This document shows, piece by piece, positions 39,446-49,619 of a stretch of 64,000 bases of DNA; position 1 is the first letter of the stretch; each line of letters starts with the position of its first letter. The notes under the pieces are model-generated. The model was not told the DNA's origin, did not search any database, and saw nothing but the letters and a program-made list of their open reading frames with translations. Source of the DNA: a bacterium (GTDB lineage: Bacteria; UBA8248; JACPRG01; G963555815); NCBI GenBank assembly GCA_965261595.1, contig CBDHDG010000006.1:1152001-1216000 (forward strand), read 5' to 3'. The position numbers and the translations under genes were made by a program.

Positions 39446-39832
39446 ATGAACGAACAAAAGCAAGAGGGGGCTTTGGCGGAGGGCGCCCGCAGGGCGAACG
39501 GAGCCAAGGCCCCAGGGCATCGCAGTGAGCGGGGTCGGTTCTCCTGCCAGCGCAAGCGGGAGGCGGTCCTGCGTCTTTTGCGGGGCGAGAGCCTGGAGAC
39601 GCTCTGCCGCGAGTTGGGCACGACAGCGGCTCGGCTTTCCGCCTGGCGCGAGGCGTTCCTTCGCGCGGGCGAGGCGGCGCTCAAAGCCCGCCCGGCGGAT
39701 GAGCGGGACGAGGAGAACGCCCGGCTCAAGGCCAAGGTGGGCGAACTCACGATGGAGGGCGAGGTCCTGCGGGAGAAGATCGACCGCCTGGAGGCCGGCC
39801 GCCCTTTAGCCGGCAGGAGGTGGAGGCGATGA
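39446..39832 (+). CDS. IS3-family OrfA
   Basis: One aa different from copy 1. Confidence 0.9.
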   Translation: MNEQKQEGALAEGARRANGAKAPGHRSERGRFSCQRKREAVLRLLRGESLETLCRELGTTAARLSAWREAFLRAGEAALKARPADERDEENARLKAKVGELTMEGEVLREKIDRLEAGRPLAGRRWRR

Positions 39833-40737
39833 GTCAGGCCCGCTTCACCTCCACGGGCAGAGCCTACGGCCTGAAGCGGGTGTGCGCCCTTTGGGGCTTG
39901 GCGCGCTCCACGGTCTACGCGCAACGGCGGCGAGAGGCGGTCCCCGTTCATGAACGCCCCACGCCCAATAAGCACGGCCCTGTGGGCCCGTGCACCGATG
40001 CGGAACTCCTCGGCCACATCCGGCAGGTCCTGGAGGACTCTCCCTTCCATGGCGAGGGCTACCGCAAGGTGTGGGCGAGGCTGCGCTTCGCGGGCATCCG
40101 CACCAGCAAGGAGCGGGTGCGTCGCCTGATGCGGGAGGCGGGGCTTCAGGCCCCCCACCGGGTGGGCAAACCCCGAGGTCCCAAGGCCCACAACGGGACC
40201 ATCCGCACCGAGCGGCCCGACCGAATGTGGGGCACGGACATGACGACGACGGTGACCACCGAGGAGGGGGTGGCCTCGGTGTTCGTGGCGGTGGATCACT
40301 GCTCGGTGGACTGCGTGGGGATCCATGCGGCCAAGAGCGGCAACCGCTTCGAGGCCCTGGAGCCGATCCGGCAGGGGGTCGCCGAGCGCTTCGCCGGCTT
40401 GGAGGCGGACGTCGCCGAGGGGCTTAAAGTTCGTCACGACCACGGCCCCGCCTATCTGTCCGATGACTTTCAGCGGGAGATCACCTACCTGGGCATGACC
40501 AGTTCGCCCAGCTTCGTGCGGGCGCCCGAGGGAAATGGCTACTGTGAGTGGTTTATCCGCATCTTGAAGGAGAATCTCCTGTGGGTGCGCTCTTTCGCCA
40601 CCGTAGAGGAACTGCGGTGGGCGCTGCTTGAGTTCAAGAACCTGTACAACCATCATTGGATTCTCGAGGGCTACGGCTACCGAACGCCGGCCCAGGCAAG
40701 GCAGGAAAAACTCGCTCAAGTTGCGGAGGCCGCATGA
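39829..40737 (+). CDS. IS3-family OrfB integrase core
   Basis: WGTDMT, HDHG, PEGNG..E. Confidence 0.9.
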   Translation: MSQARFTSTGRAYGLKRVCALWGLARSTVYAQRRREAVPVHERPTPNKHGPVGPCTDAELLGHIRQVLEDSPFHGEGYRKVWARLRFAGIRTSKERVRRLMREAGLQAPHRVGKPRGPKAHNGTIRTERPDRMWGTDMTTTVTTEEGVASVFVAVDHCSVDCVGIHAAKSGNRFEALEPIRQGVAERFAGLEADVAEGLKVRHDHGPAYLSDDFQREITYLGMTSSPSFVRAPEGNGYCEWFIRILKENLLWVRSFATVEELRWALLEFKNLYNHHWILEGYGYRTPAQARQEKLAQVAEAA

Positions 40738-40783
40738 GGTCGAATACCCTCACCCGAGTGTCCAATAACCCAGGGGCGGTCCA

Positions 40784-41728
40784 GGGCCTTTTGGGCGGTC
40801 GGCCAACCGGCCGGGTCAGAAGGCATTCGATGTCCCTGTACAAGATGGCGTTGGCCGGAAGCCGAATCGCATAGGAGTAGCCCTCCGCCTCAAGGTATCG
40901 GTACACCTCCGGCTTGGCAAATGCCGCGTCGCCTCGAAAAAACCGACAGACCTTCGCATCCCGGTAGCGAGCTACCACCGGCTCCAATACAGACCACCAG
41001 TCATCAGCGCTGTGGACCTTGCCGTTGCGCAACAGCGCCCGCTCCAGATCGCCAAACTGGTTGAAGCAAAACAGTGGGTGATAGCAGGTGCAGCCGAAGT
41101 GGCCGTTGTAGGAAGAGCCTTCCTGCTCACCGTGGGTCGGGCTGACCGAACTGTCCATGTCCAGGATCAGCTTGCGAATCGGCTTGCGTTTGCGGACACG
41201 ATCCACCAACACACCGGGCAGACCGCTCAGCGCCTTGAGGGGTTAAGGGGCCGGGTGAGGGTCTGCGTCTCGAATCGGCTCATCTGGCTGGTGGAGGCAG
41301 CGGTGTGATACTTCGCTCGCCCCCCAACCACCTGACGCATGGCGGGATCGACACAGAGCCGCTCGGCATCATTGGTGTCTTTATATCCTGCCAGGCGGCT
41401 GTAGACCGACTGGCGCACCAAAGCGGTGAGGCTGTGCCGGGTGTTCCCGCCCGTCCGTGAATCGGACAGAAACCCCTCGGCCGCCTTCGTCAGCCCCAAC
41501 ACCTCATCCAGTTCACGATAGGCAAGCAAACCGGCGTCACTCGTAACCTTTGCTCCGTGAAACTCCAGCCTGAGCCGACCGTCGAATTGGAGCCTCAACG
41601 GCCTCTTTTTCGCTTCACCCATCGGGTCCCCTCGCAAGATGATGGCAGGGAGAGGACAACACCTTGATTTTACACGAGAAAACGGCCTTCGGGGCGTTAA
41701 AAATTATCATCCATATGGGAAATGCGGG
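40784..41728 (-). mobile_element. Truncated IS1380-family element with frameshifted transposase
   Basis: End cccgcatttcccatatgg; MGE...[48 protein letters not shown]; frameshift near 41240; 3' part cut by IS3. Confidence 0.88.
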
Positions 41729-41894
41729 GAAAAATGTCTCATGGAATAGCATCCTTCCTTTTCAAGAATCCAGAGTAAACGTCTCTTTGCCTTCGGCAGC
41801 CTGGAGTGTCAACTGTATTTGATGTTTCTCAGGACTCTGCTAGAAGGGTTGGAATTGTCAAGGAAGAATTGACTCTCCCCCCCCGCGGGACCGC

Positions 41895-42857
41895 CTACCT
41901 TCCCGTCCGTCCGGCGGGGGGCTTGGCCGATCTTCCCCCGCCCACCCGCATCCTGGGATCGAAGGCGTCGCGCAGGCCGTCTCCGATGAGGTTGTACGCC
42001 ATGACGGAAAAGAAGATGAACAGCCCCGGGAAAAACGTGATCCACCACGCCGTCCGCAGGAACGTCCGGCCCTCGGCCACCATGTTCCCCCAACTGGGCG
42101 TGGGCGGCTGGATGCCGAACCCCAGGTAGCTCAACCCCGCCTCCGCCAGAATGACGTAGGCCACGCGCAAGGTGGCGGCCACGACGATCACCGGTACGAC
42201 GTTGGGCAGGATGTGCTTGAGCATGACGCGGACCTTCCCGGCGCCCGTCGCCAGGGCCGACTCCACAAAGGGCCGCTCCCGTAAGGAGAGAAACTCCGCC
42301 CGGACGACCCGCGCGGTGATGGGCCAGGACGTCAGGCTGAGCACCAGAATGAGGTTCAGAAAACTCGTCCCGAACAGCGCGACAATGGCAATCATGATGA
42401 AGTACGTGGGGAAGGTGATGATCGTCTCGGTGAACCTCGAAAGAATGTGATCGGTCCACCGGCCATAGAAGCCCGCCAGCGCGCCGACGATGATTCCGAT
42501 CAGAATGCTGATGGACATCGACAGCAGGCCGACGGACTGTGAGATTTGGCCCGCCCACAGGGCGCGGCTGAGGATGTCGCGGCCGTAGCGGTCGGTGCCC
42601 ATCCAATGCTGGAGGCTCGGGGGTTTCAGCCGGCCGGAGAGGTTCTGCTCGTCGATGCCGAAAGGGGCCAACCGGGGCGCCAGGAGCGCGCTGAGGTAGA
42701 ACGCCAGCAGAAGTGCGAGGCCGACGGCCGCGCGGCGGTTCCGCAGGAACCGCCTCCAGAACCCCGGGGCGGCGGGCATTCCCGTTACAGCTTCAACCCC
42801 GACCGCCCCAAGGCCCGAGGATTCGGAACCCCGATCTTCCGCCAAATTCGCACCCAT
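41895..42857 (-). CDS. Peptide/nickel ABC permease (DppC/OppC-like)
   Basis: HWMGTD.YGRD, ARVVRAE, HILPN, EAGLSYLG, P.PSWG. Confidence 0.93.
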   Translation of the reverse strand: MGANLAEDRGSESSGLGAVGVEAVTGMPAAPGFWRRFLRNRRAAVGLALLLAFYLSALLAPRLAPFGIDEQNLSGRLKPPSLQHWMGTDRYGRDILSRALWAGQISQSVGLLSMSISILIGIIVGALAGFYGRWTDHILSRFTETIITFPTYFIMIAIVALFGTSFLNLILVLSLTSWPITARVVRAEFLSLRERPFVESALATGAGKVRVMLKHILPNVVPVIVVAATLRVAYVILAEAGLSYLGFGIQPPTPSWGNMVAEGRTFLRTAWWITFFPGLFIFFSVMAYNLIGDGLRDAFDPRMRVGGGRSAKPPAGRTGR

Positions 42858-42884
42858 TGACACTGATCCTCCCCCTCCCCCCAG

Positions 42885-43838
42885 CTACGTGTGCTTGATT
42901 CTCGGGTCGAGAAGGCTGTAGGCAACGTCCACGAACAGACCCGCCGTCAACGCCAGGACCGCCGCCATGATATTGATCGTGATCACCACGGGGTAATCCC
43001 GAAGAAGCGCCGCGCTGATGGCCATGCTGCCGATCCCCGGCAGGGCGAAGACATACTCGACCACCACGGTGGCGCCCAGCATCAGGGGGATGAGCATGCC
43101 CAGCACGGTGACGACGGGGAGCAAGGAGTTCTTGAGGGCGTGGCGGTAAATCACCCTGGCGCCCGGCAATCCCTTGCTCCGGGCCGTCCGGATGTAATCC
43201 TGGTCGAGCGATTCCATCATGGCGTTGCGCGTGTAGCGCACGATGGGCGGCAAAGAGACCGTTCCCAGAACCACGACCGGGAGGATCAGGTGGCGCAGGA
43301 CGTCCAGGACGGGAAAAGGACCCGGATCGTCCGACATCCACCCCGTCGCCGGGAGCCATCCCCAGGACTCCGCGAACACGTAGATCAGCATCAGACCCAA
43401 CCAGAACTGGGGGATGGAGATGCCGAACAGGGAGAACACCGTCAGCGAGTTGTCGAGTTTCGTGTAAGGCCGGACCGCCGAAACCACACCCAGCGGGATG
43501 CCGATAACGACGGCGAACAAGAGGCTGCCCGCCATCAATGAAAGCGTTATGGGCAGACCTTCCAGGATCATCACCCAGGTGGGCTGCGCGGTCTCGAAGG
43601 AATCCAGCCGGCCGGACAGGAGCGCGCCCATCGTCTTGACAAACTGGATCGGCAGGGGCTCCTCCAGACCGAGACCCTTTCGGACCTCCAAAAGCTCCTC
43701 GTCCGTCAGGATCTCTACATTGACGAGCAGGCCGGTCGGGTCTCCCGGCGCCAGGTGGATGATGAGAAACGCGACCACCGAGATGCCGAACAGGATGGGA
43801 ATGAACTGTAGAAGCCGGTTGGACAGGTATTTACCCAC
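42885..43838 (-). CDS. Peptide/nickel ABC permease (DppB/OppB-like)
   Basis: PGDP, SIP.FW, QDYIRTARSKGL, HALKN, RDYP, DPRI. Confidence 0.93.
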   Translation of the reverse strand: MGKYLSNRLLQFIPILFGISVVAFLIIHLAPGDPTGLLVNVEILTDEELLEVRKGLGLEEPLPIQFVKTMGALLSGRLDSFETAQPTWVMILEGLPITLSLMAGSLLFAVVIGIPLGVVSAVRPYTKLDNSLTVFSLFGISIPQFWLGLMLIYVFAESWGWLPATGWMSDDPGPFPVLDVLRHLILPVVVLGTVSLPPIVRYTRNAMMESLDQDYIRTARSKGLPGARVIYRHALKNSLLPVVTVLGMLIPLMLGATVVVEYVFALPGIGSMAISAALLRDYPVVITINIMAAVLALTAGLFVDVAYSLLDPRIKHT

Positions 43839-44029
43839 GATGACTCAAAAACCCTTGGGCGGGGAGGAGGTTTCCGGCGAACACCGAAACCCGGGGCGGA
43901 GGGAAAGCTCCGGATTCCAACGTGACGGTTCCTGGCTGTCCGATTCTTGGCTGTCCAATTCGAGGGACCGGCGCGGAATGTTGCACGGACGTCCTTCCCA
44001 GGATTCGAGCCTTTCCCCGGATCATCCCC

Positions 44030-45217
44030 TTACATCCGATCGCCGACAATGGGATCCTCGATCGGGTGCGTGTGGAGATCCTCGACGCCGGTCTCGGTGA
44101 CCGCCAGCAGGTCTCCCAGAAAAATCCCGCTCTTGCCGTCCGGGGTGCTCGGGTTCGGCTCAACCACAATCGTCCGACCCTTCCGGAACGTGAAATCCGG
44201 GATGGGATACGGCGACCCGGGAATGCCGATCACCGGCGCCTCCAGGGAAACTCCCCACCCGTGCACCAGCGGGGCCCGTATCGTGAGCCCCGCGTCGATC
44301 ATGGGCTTCGCCCCGTCCAGGACGTCGGCCACGGTGCTTCCGGGCCTGATTCGGTCGCGAATCCGCTGGAAGACCTCCAGGCCGATCTCGAACAGCCGCT
44401 CATACGGCTTGGGCGGCGTCCCCGCGAAAACGGTCCGAAGGATCTGGCCCGAATACCCGCCGTAAGAAGAGCTGTGCTCGCTGATGGTGACATCCCCCCG
44501 GCCGATCCCGCGGTCTGAGATGTACGCGTCCGGGAACGACATTGCGGGATTCGCCATGGGAGTGGACCCCACCAGAGCGAAGATAAAATCCCCCCCCGCG
44601 CGATGGGATTCGAAGAGGATCTCATGATACAGATCGATGTTGCGGACACCGGGCCGGATCGCCTCCACCATCGCCTCAAAGGCGCGATCGCTGATCTCGG
44701 CGCCCTTTCGCAGGAATGCCAACTCCTCTTCCGACTTGATTTGCCGGACCCGCTCCATCAAATCGGTCGCGGGCGCGAACCGGGCTCCGGGCAATGAGGC
44801 CTCGAACGCGGCATGATGCTCGCTTGGAATCGAGATCTTCCACCTGGAGGCCATCCCCACGAGACCGATCCGAGCGCGTTCCAGTTCCTTTTCGCACAGG
44901 ACTTCAACAACCTTCTCTCCCATGCGCGCCCCGGCCGCTCGCATGTCCTTCACGACCGCCACCTCTCTGCCCGTGTCAAGGTGGGGAAAGAGGCTCGTCA
45001 ATAACGTCGGGGGCCCCTGCTTCGGAAAGACACAATAGGCCTGCATCTGATCGGTGTAATTGGTCAGGTATCTCAAATTGGCCTGGCTCTCGGGACCGCA
45101 GGCCCCGTACACCAACAGGCCATCGAATTGGGCGGCGTCCATGGCGTCGCGAATCTTTTGCCAACGACTCCGAACCTCTTCGTCACTGAACTTGGGGTAG
45201 AAGACCGGCTCTGCCAT
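44030..45217 (-). CDS. M24 Xaa-Pro peptidase/creatinase-like protein
   Basis: NLRYLTNY, R.IKSEEE, GYSGQI.RT, HGWG, VVEPN. Confidence 0.85.
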   Translation of the reverse strand: MAEPVFYPKFSDEEVRSRWQKIRDAMDAAQFDGLLVYGACGPESQANLRYLTNYTDQMQAYCVFPKQGPPTLLTSLFPHLDTGREVAVVKDMRAAGARMGEKVVEVLCEKELERARIGLVGMASRWKISIPSEHHAAFEASLPGARFAPATDLMERVRQIKSEEELAFLRKGAEISDRAFEAMVEAIRPGVRNIDLYHEILFESHRAGGDFIFALVGSTPMANPAMSFPDAYISDRGIGRGDVTISEHSSSYGGYSGQILRTVFAGTPPKPYERLFEIGLEVFQRIRDRIRPGSTVADVLDGAKPMIDAGLTIRAPLVHGWGVSLEAPVIGIPGSPYPIPDFTFRKGRTIVVEPNPSTPDGKSGIFLGDLLAVTETGVEDLHTHPIEDPIVGDRM

Positions 45218-45306
45218 GCCCCCCGATTCCCCCTTCGGCCCATCTTGAGCCCCGGAGGCGATGAACCTCCCCCCGGAATGAAAAGTTTTACGGGACCCGG
45301 CGTCCT

Positions 45307-46320
45307 TCAGTCCTTGAAGTGCGGCCAGACCTTTTCAGTGAATTCCCGGAATTGTTTCATCTGGTCGGGCGCGGTGAAGAGGATCGCGAACGTCTGAATC
45401 CCGGCATCGATGAATGCCTGAATTCGTTCGCGGATGTATTCGGCGTCGCCGTACGGACCCCAGATGTGATGGCCGTTCACCTCCTTCCAGAATTTCATGT
45501 TTCTGTAATATTCGAGAAGATGACTCTCGTACTCTTCCCGGGCCCGCTCTTTGTTCGAATTGATGTTGACCCTGAGGGTGCACGCGGCGTGGAGGGCCGA
45601 CGGGTCTCTGCCCGCTTCCTTCGCGGCGGCGGCCAGCACCCGGCCGGTCTCGACACAGTCCTCCGGAAACGCGACAGCGGTCATCCAGCCGTCCGCCCGC
45701 TCGACGACCCGCCGGACCTGAACCGGGACGAGGGGGCGCAGACCGTGCCCGCACACCGTCCAGATGGGGATGCCGCCGGGCCGGACAGACTTGGGCTCGA
45801 GGGTCACGTTCTCGAACTGGAAATACTTCCCCCGGTGCGTAACGCCGTCCTCTTTCCAGAGCTTCCGGAGAATGTCGATGGTCTCGTCCATCCTCCTTCC
45901 CCGCTCTTCGGCCGGGACGCCGAGGGCGTCCCACTCGTTCGAATAGACCGAGCCGCGCTCATACGCCCCCCCGGCCCCGAAGGCCAGGATGAGTCGGCCG
46001 TCGGAGACCTGGTCGATGGTGGCGGTCTGGTGAGCCAGGTGGATGGGGTGGCGCAAGGCGGGCAGCAGAACGGTCACGCCGATCTTCACCCGCTCGGTCG
46101 CCGCCCCGAGGGCCGAGAGCAGGGTCAACGCCTCGTACCGCGGCTTGGCGACGACGCTGTCGCCGATCCAGACCGAATGGTATCCGGCTTCCTCGATCTC
46201 CCGGGCCATGCGGAGAAGGGTCGATTTGACGGAGGACCGCTCCCCCCCCTCCCCCTCCCCCCTCATCGACCACGCACGGTTGCTCAGGTGAATGCCGATC
46301 TCCACCTTCTTCGCCGACAT
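45307..46320 (-). CDS. LLM-class flavin-dependent oxidoreductase
   Basis: SVWIGDS, L.ALGAATERVKIG, ATIDQVSDGRL, ADGW. Confidence 0.92.
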   Translation of the reverse strand: MSAKKVEIGIHLSNRAWSMRGEGEGGERSSVKSTLLRMAREIEEAGYHSVWIGDSVVAKPRYEALTLLSALGAATERVKIGVTVLLPALRHPIHLAHQTATIDQVSDGRLILAFGAGGAYERGSVYSNEWDALGVPAEERGRRMDETIDILRKLWKEDGVTHRGKYFQFENVTLEPKSVRPGGIPIWTVCGHGLRPLVPVQVRRVVERADGWMTAVAFPEDCVETGRVLAAAAKEAGRDPSALHAACTLRVNINSNKERAREEYESHLLEYYRNMKFWKEVNGHHIWGPYGDAEYIRERIQAFIDAGIQTFAILFTAPDQMKQFREFTEKVWPHFKD

Positions 46321-46521
46321 CACGCACCTTCCCGAAATGAGACGAGAGACAAACCGCCCGCGCCGCAAAGGGACGGACGGATTCAATCAAAAGCGAATTG
46401 ATCGCCCACCATTCTGACAGAAGGGAGAAAACCGGACAAGGAACGGTGATGGCAACCCCGGGGATTGAAACCGTGGCGGTTCAATCCCAGAGGCATATTT
46501 GCAGTTGCCGGGAGGTCACGG

Positions 46522-47496
46522 TCATTGAATGACACGGCCCAGCCGGCCGGAGATGATCGCTTCGGCCTCTTCCACGGTGCGCCGGATGACCTCGGCCGCC
46601 GGCAGGATCTCTTCGATCAGCCCGGCGTCCTGCCCGTATAGAAGCGGCGCGTTCTCCACGTCTCCCGCTTGGCGCGCCGCCATGGCCGCCTCGGCCGCCT
46701 CGCGCCGGTTGCGGCGCAGGTCCCACTCCCGCCCGGCCCACTTCCGAATAAACCCGTTGCGCGCCGCGCGGGCCATCGCCCCCGGCCAAACCCGGCCGGA
46801 CGCGATATCGGGGATCTCGGTGAGGTCGGTGTCGTGGCCGTCGCTGCGGACGATCGCATCCTTGAGGTTCGGGTGAAGGGGAGATTCCTCGGTGGCCAGA
46901 AACCGCGTCCCCAAAAGCACACCCTCCGCCCCAAGCGCAAGGGCGGCGGCCAGGCCGCGCCCGTCGACAATGCCCCCCGCGGCCAGAACGGGGAGGGGCG
47001 CGACGGCGCTCACCACCATCGGCACGAGCGGCATCGAGGCCATCCAGCCCACGTGGCCTCCCCCCTCCGTCCCCTGGGCGACGACGACGTCGGCCCCCGC
47101 TTCGGCCCCGCGAACGGCCTCGGGCGCCTCCCCCGCCATGAACATGACCTTCGAGCCGATGTCGTGAACCCGATCGAACCAGGTCCGCAGATCCTGCTCC
47201 GGCCGCGCCCAGGCGAATGCGATGAGGGGAGGCTTGGCCTCCAGGGCGGCGGCAAAACCTTCTTCCTTTATCTCAAACAGGAGAAAATTGACGCCGAAGG
47301 GTTTTTTCGTTGAGGCCCGGATGGCCGCGATCTGCTCAGCCACCTGCGTCGGGCTCAGGTTGGCCGCCCCCAACGTCCCGAACCCGCCCGCGTTCGACAC
47401 GGCGGCCACCAGCGGCGCGGACGTCCCCGAAGCCATCCCGCCGAGGACGACGGGGTGCTCGATTCCGAGGAGGTCACAAATTCGCGTCCGGATCAT
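46522..47496 (-). CDS. Nitronate monooxygenase family flavoprotein
   Basis: HPVVLGGM, AVSNAGG.G, QGTEGGGH, AAGGIVDGRG, GTRFLAT.ES. Confidence 0.92.
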   Translation of the reverse strand: MIRTRICDLLGIEHPVVLGGMASGTSAPLVAAVSNAGGFGTLGAANLSPTQVAEQIAAIRASTKKPFGVNFLLFEIKEEGFAAALEAKPPLIAFAWARPEQDLRTWFDRVHDIGSKVMFMAGEAPEAVRGAEAGADVVVAQGTEGGGHVGWMASMPLVPMVVSAVAPLPVLAAGGIVDGRGLAAALALGAEGVLLGTRFLATEESPLHPNLKDAIVRSDGHDTDLTEIPDIASGRVWPGAMARAARNGFIRKWAGREWDLRRNRREAAEAAMAARQAGDVENAPLLYGQDAGLIEEILPAAEVIRRTVEEAEAIISGRLGRVIQ

Positions 47497-47649
47497 TCTG
47501 CTTCTCCTGATGATGAATGGGATAGGGAAATCATTTGCATCGGTTTCGAGGGGGGGGAAGGGGAGGGCTTTTCGGCCGCGCCCGGGAAAGGCTTTGAAAT
47601 CGCCCCGCCCGGCCCCGGCGTTCTCACCCGCCAATCAGCGCGAAAGACA

Positions 47650-49431
47650 TTACCGGGCCTGCGTCAGGACGTCCACGAGGGCAAGGCGCTTCTCTTTCTT
47701 GACGACCTGAATGGCCCGGTCCAGGACGGGGGCGAGCTCCGCCGGGTCCTCCACGAGGCCGAAGCCCGCCAGGCCGTAGGACTCGGCCATGCGGGCGAAG
47801 TCCACCGCCGGCTCATCCAGGCGGACGCCGATTCCGGCCCGGCTCGTGGGCCGGTCCCGGTGTCGGGCCATGACCAGGGCGTGCTCCTCCGAGTTGTAGT
47901 ACGACCGGTTGTTCACGATGACGGTGAGAAGCGGTATGTCGTGATGCGCCGCCGTCCAAAGAGCGGATGGCGTGTACAGGAAATCTCCGTCGGCCTGAAG
48001 GTTGACGCAAAGGCGCTCGCTCCCCCGGTGGGCGAGGGCGACGCCGAGGGAGGCCCCCATCCCGTACCCCAGCCCCGCGCCCCCGCTATGGCCCAGGAAC
48101 TGATGGGGCGAGGTCCACGACCAGAGCCTTCTCTCCCACCCGTAGAGCTGACCGTTCGTGAGCACCCAGTCCTCATCCTTGAGCAAAGCCCAAAGCTCGC
48201 CGGCCAGACGGGCCAGGGAGATGGGCCTATCGTCCCAGGAATCCCGGGCCTCTTTCTCCCACCCGGCGCGCAGCGCGAGCCTTTTCTTCTTGAGCTTTTC
48301 GAAGCGATCCCGGGCCGCTCCCCGGCGAGCGGCGTCCTTCTCCAGCCGCCCCCGGACCTTTTGGACCAGGGGAGGAAGCGACCGGGCGGCGCTGCCCGCC
48401 AGGGGCAGGTCCACGGGTGTCAGCCGGTGGTAATCGGTGGACCAGGACGGGATCGCCAAATCGAAATTCGAGATCTGAGCGACCCGGCATTCCGGTGAAA
48501 GACGGAAAACGGACTCCCGCGTCGTCTTGTCCTGGACGGTGAGGGCGCGGTACAGGTCCGGGATATCGAGGCCCAGGACGAGGTCGGCCCCGGGGAGCAC
48601 TTCGCCGGCGGCGCCGGTGAAATCCATCGGATGGGTGGAGGGGAAGTTGAACCGGCTGCCGTGGTCCAGGACCGGGGCGCCCAAGAGATCGGCCAGCTCC
48701 GTCAACGCCGGAATCGCGTCGGGCTCCCGCCCCACGTACTCGGCCGCTATCACGGGAAACGCCGCGTCGACGAGCTGCCGCGCCAGCTCCTCCAGTTGTT
48801 CATCGGGCGGAACGGCGGGCGCCGGCGGGAGATACCGAGCCGGATCGGGAAGCGGGGGCATCTCATCCACGCCCTCCTCCTGGATGTCGGCGTCGAAACA
48901 GACGTACACCGGGCCCGGCGGATCGGTTCGGGCGACCCGGTGCGCCCGCAGGAGGGACTCCGGGACGGCGGCGAGGCCCGCGGGCTGGTCGTCCCATTTC
49001 ACATATTCCCGGACGAGGGACCCCTGGACGAGAGCGGTGTGGATCCAGTCGATCCACGGCCGGCGCTTCGTCAGGTCCATGGGGCCGGTCGCGCCCAGGA
49101 GCAGGATCGGCGCCTTGTCGCACCAGGCATTGTAGATGGCCATGGCGCCGTGCTGAAGACCCACAATGTTGTGGAGGCACGCGGCCATGGGCCTGCCGGC
49201 GGCCTTGGCGTAGCCGTGGGCAAGGGCGACGGAGACCTCTTCATGCAGACACTGGATGATCTCCGGAACGGGATTGCCCGTCTCCCCGCCGCCGGGGAAA
49301 TTCACCAGTGAATCGTGAATTCCCCGGAACGTCGCCCCCGGGTTGAAGGCGGCGTACTCGATGCCCAGGCGGCGTAAAAGCTCGACAATCACATCGGATC
49401 CGTAGAGACTCGCACTCATCGCGTCATACAT
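47650..49431 (-). CDS. Thiamine pyrophosphate-binding enzyme
   Basis: NPGATFRGIHDS, HEE..V..AHGYAK, DGDFLY...LWTAAH...NN. Confidence 0.92.
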   Translation of the reverse strand: MYDAMSASLYGSDVIVELLRRLGIEYAAFNPGATFRGIHDSLVNFPGGGETGNPVPEIIQCLHEEVSVALAHGYAKAAGRPMAACLHNIVGLQHGAMAIYNAWCDKAPILLLGATGPMDLTKRRPWIDWIHTALVQGSLVREYVKWDDQPAGLAAVPESLLRAHRVARTDPPGPVYVCFDADIQEEGVDEMPPLPDPARYLPPAPAVPPDEQLEELARQLVDAAFPVIAAEYVGREPDAIPALTELADLLGAPVLDHGSRFNFPSTHPMDFTGAAGEVLPGADLVLGLDIPDLYRALTVQDKTTRESVFRLSPECRVAQISNFDLAIPSWSTDYHRLTPVDLPLAGSAARSLPPLVQKVRGRLEKDAARRGAARDRFEKLKKKRLALRAGWEKEARDSWDDRPISLARLAGELWALLKDEDWVLTNGQLYGWERRLWSWTSPHQFLGHSGGAGLGYGMGASLGVALAHRGSERLCVNLQADGDFLYTPSALWTAAHHDIPLLTVIVNNRSYYNSEEHALVMARHRDRPTSRAGIGVRLDEPAVDFARMAESYGLAGFGLVEDPAELAPVLDRAIQVVKKEKRLALVDVLTQAR

Positions 49432-49619
49432 CCTCAGTCGTGAAATGGATCAGGAAGACGGAGAAAGGCGTTCCCCCGCCTCGGCACCCCGCGAATTCCC
49501 AGCGGGTCAATCAGGAAAAAGGGCGGACGCACCCCCAGGGTGGACCCCTCCCCCCTGGGGACGAGATGAGTCCCCGGAATGGAAACCGAACGAACCGGAA
49601 ACGCGCGCCCGCCGATGAA

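Larger units (their letters stand above)
39380..40783 (+). mobile_element. IS3-family element, copy 2 (1404 bp)
   Basis: Same ends as copy 1; flanks aggt/gggc differ, so no TSD. Confidence 0.93.

Noticed and set aside
41859..41870. caaggaagaatt also found at the RidA breakpoint (38929-38940), a possible large direct repeat
   Set aside because: Removing the intervening DNA does not restore a RidA C-terminus, and no cassette IR is adjacent
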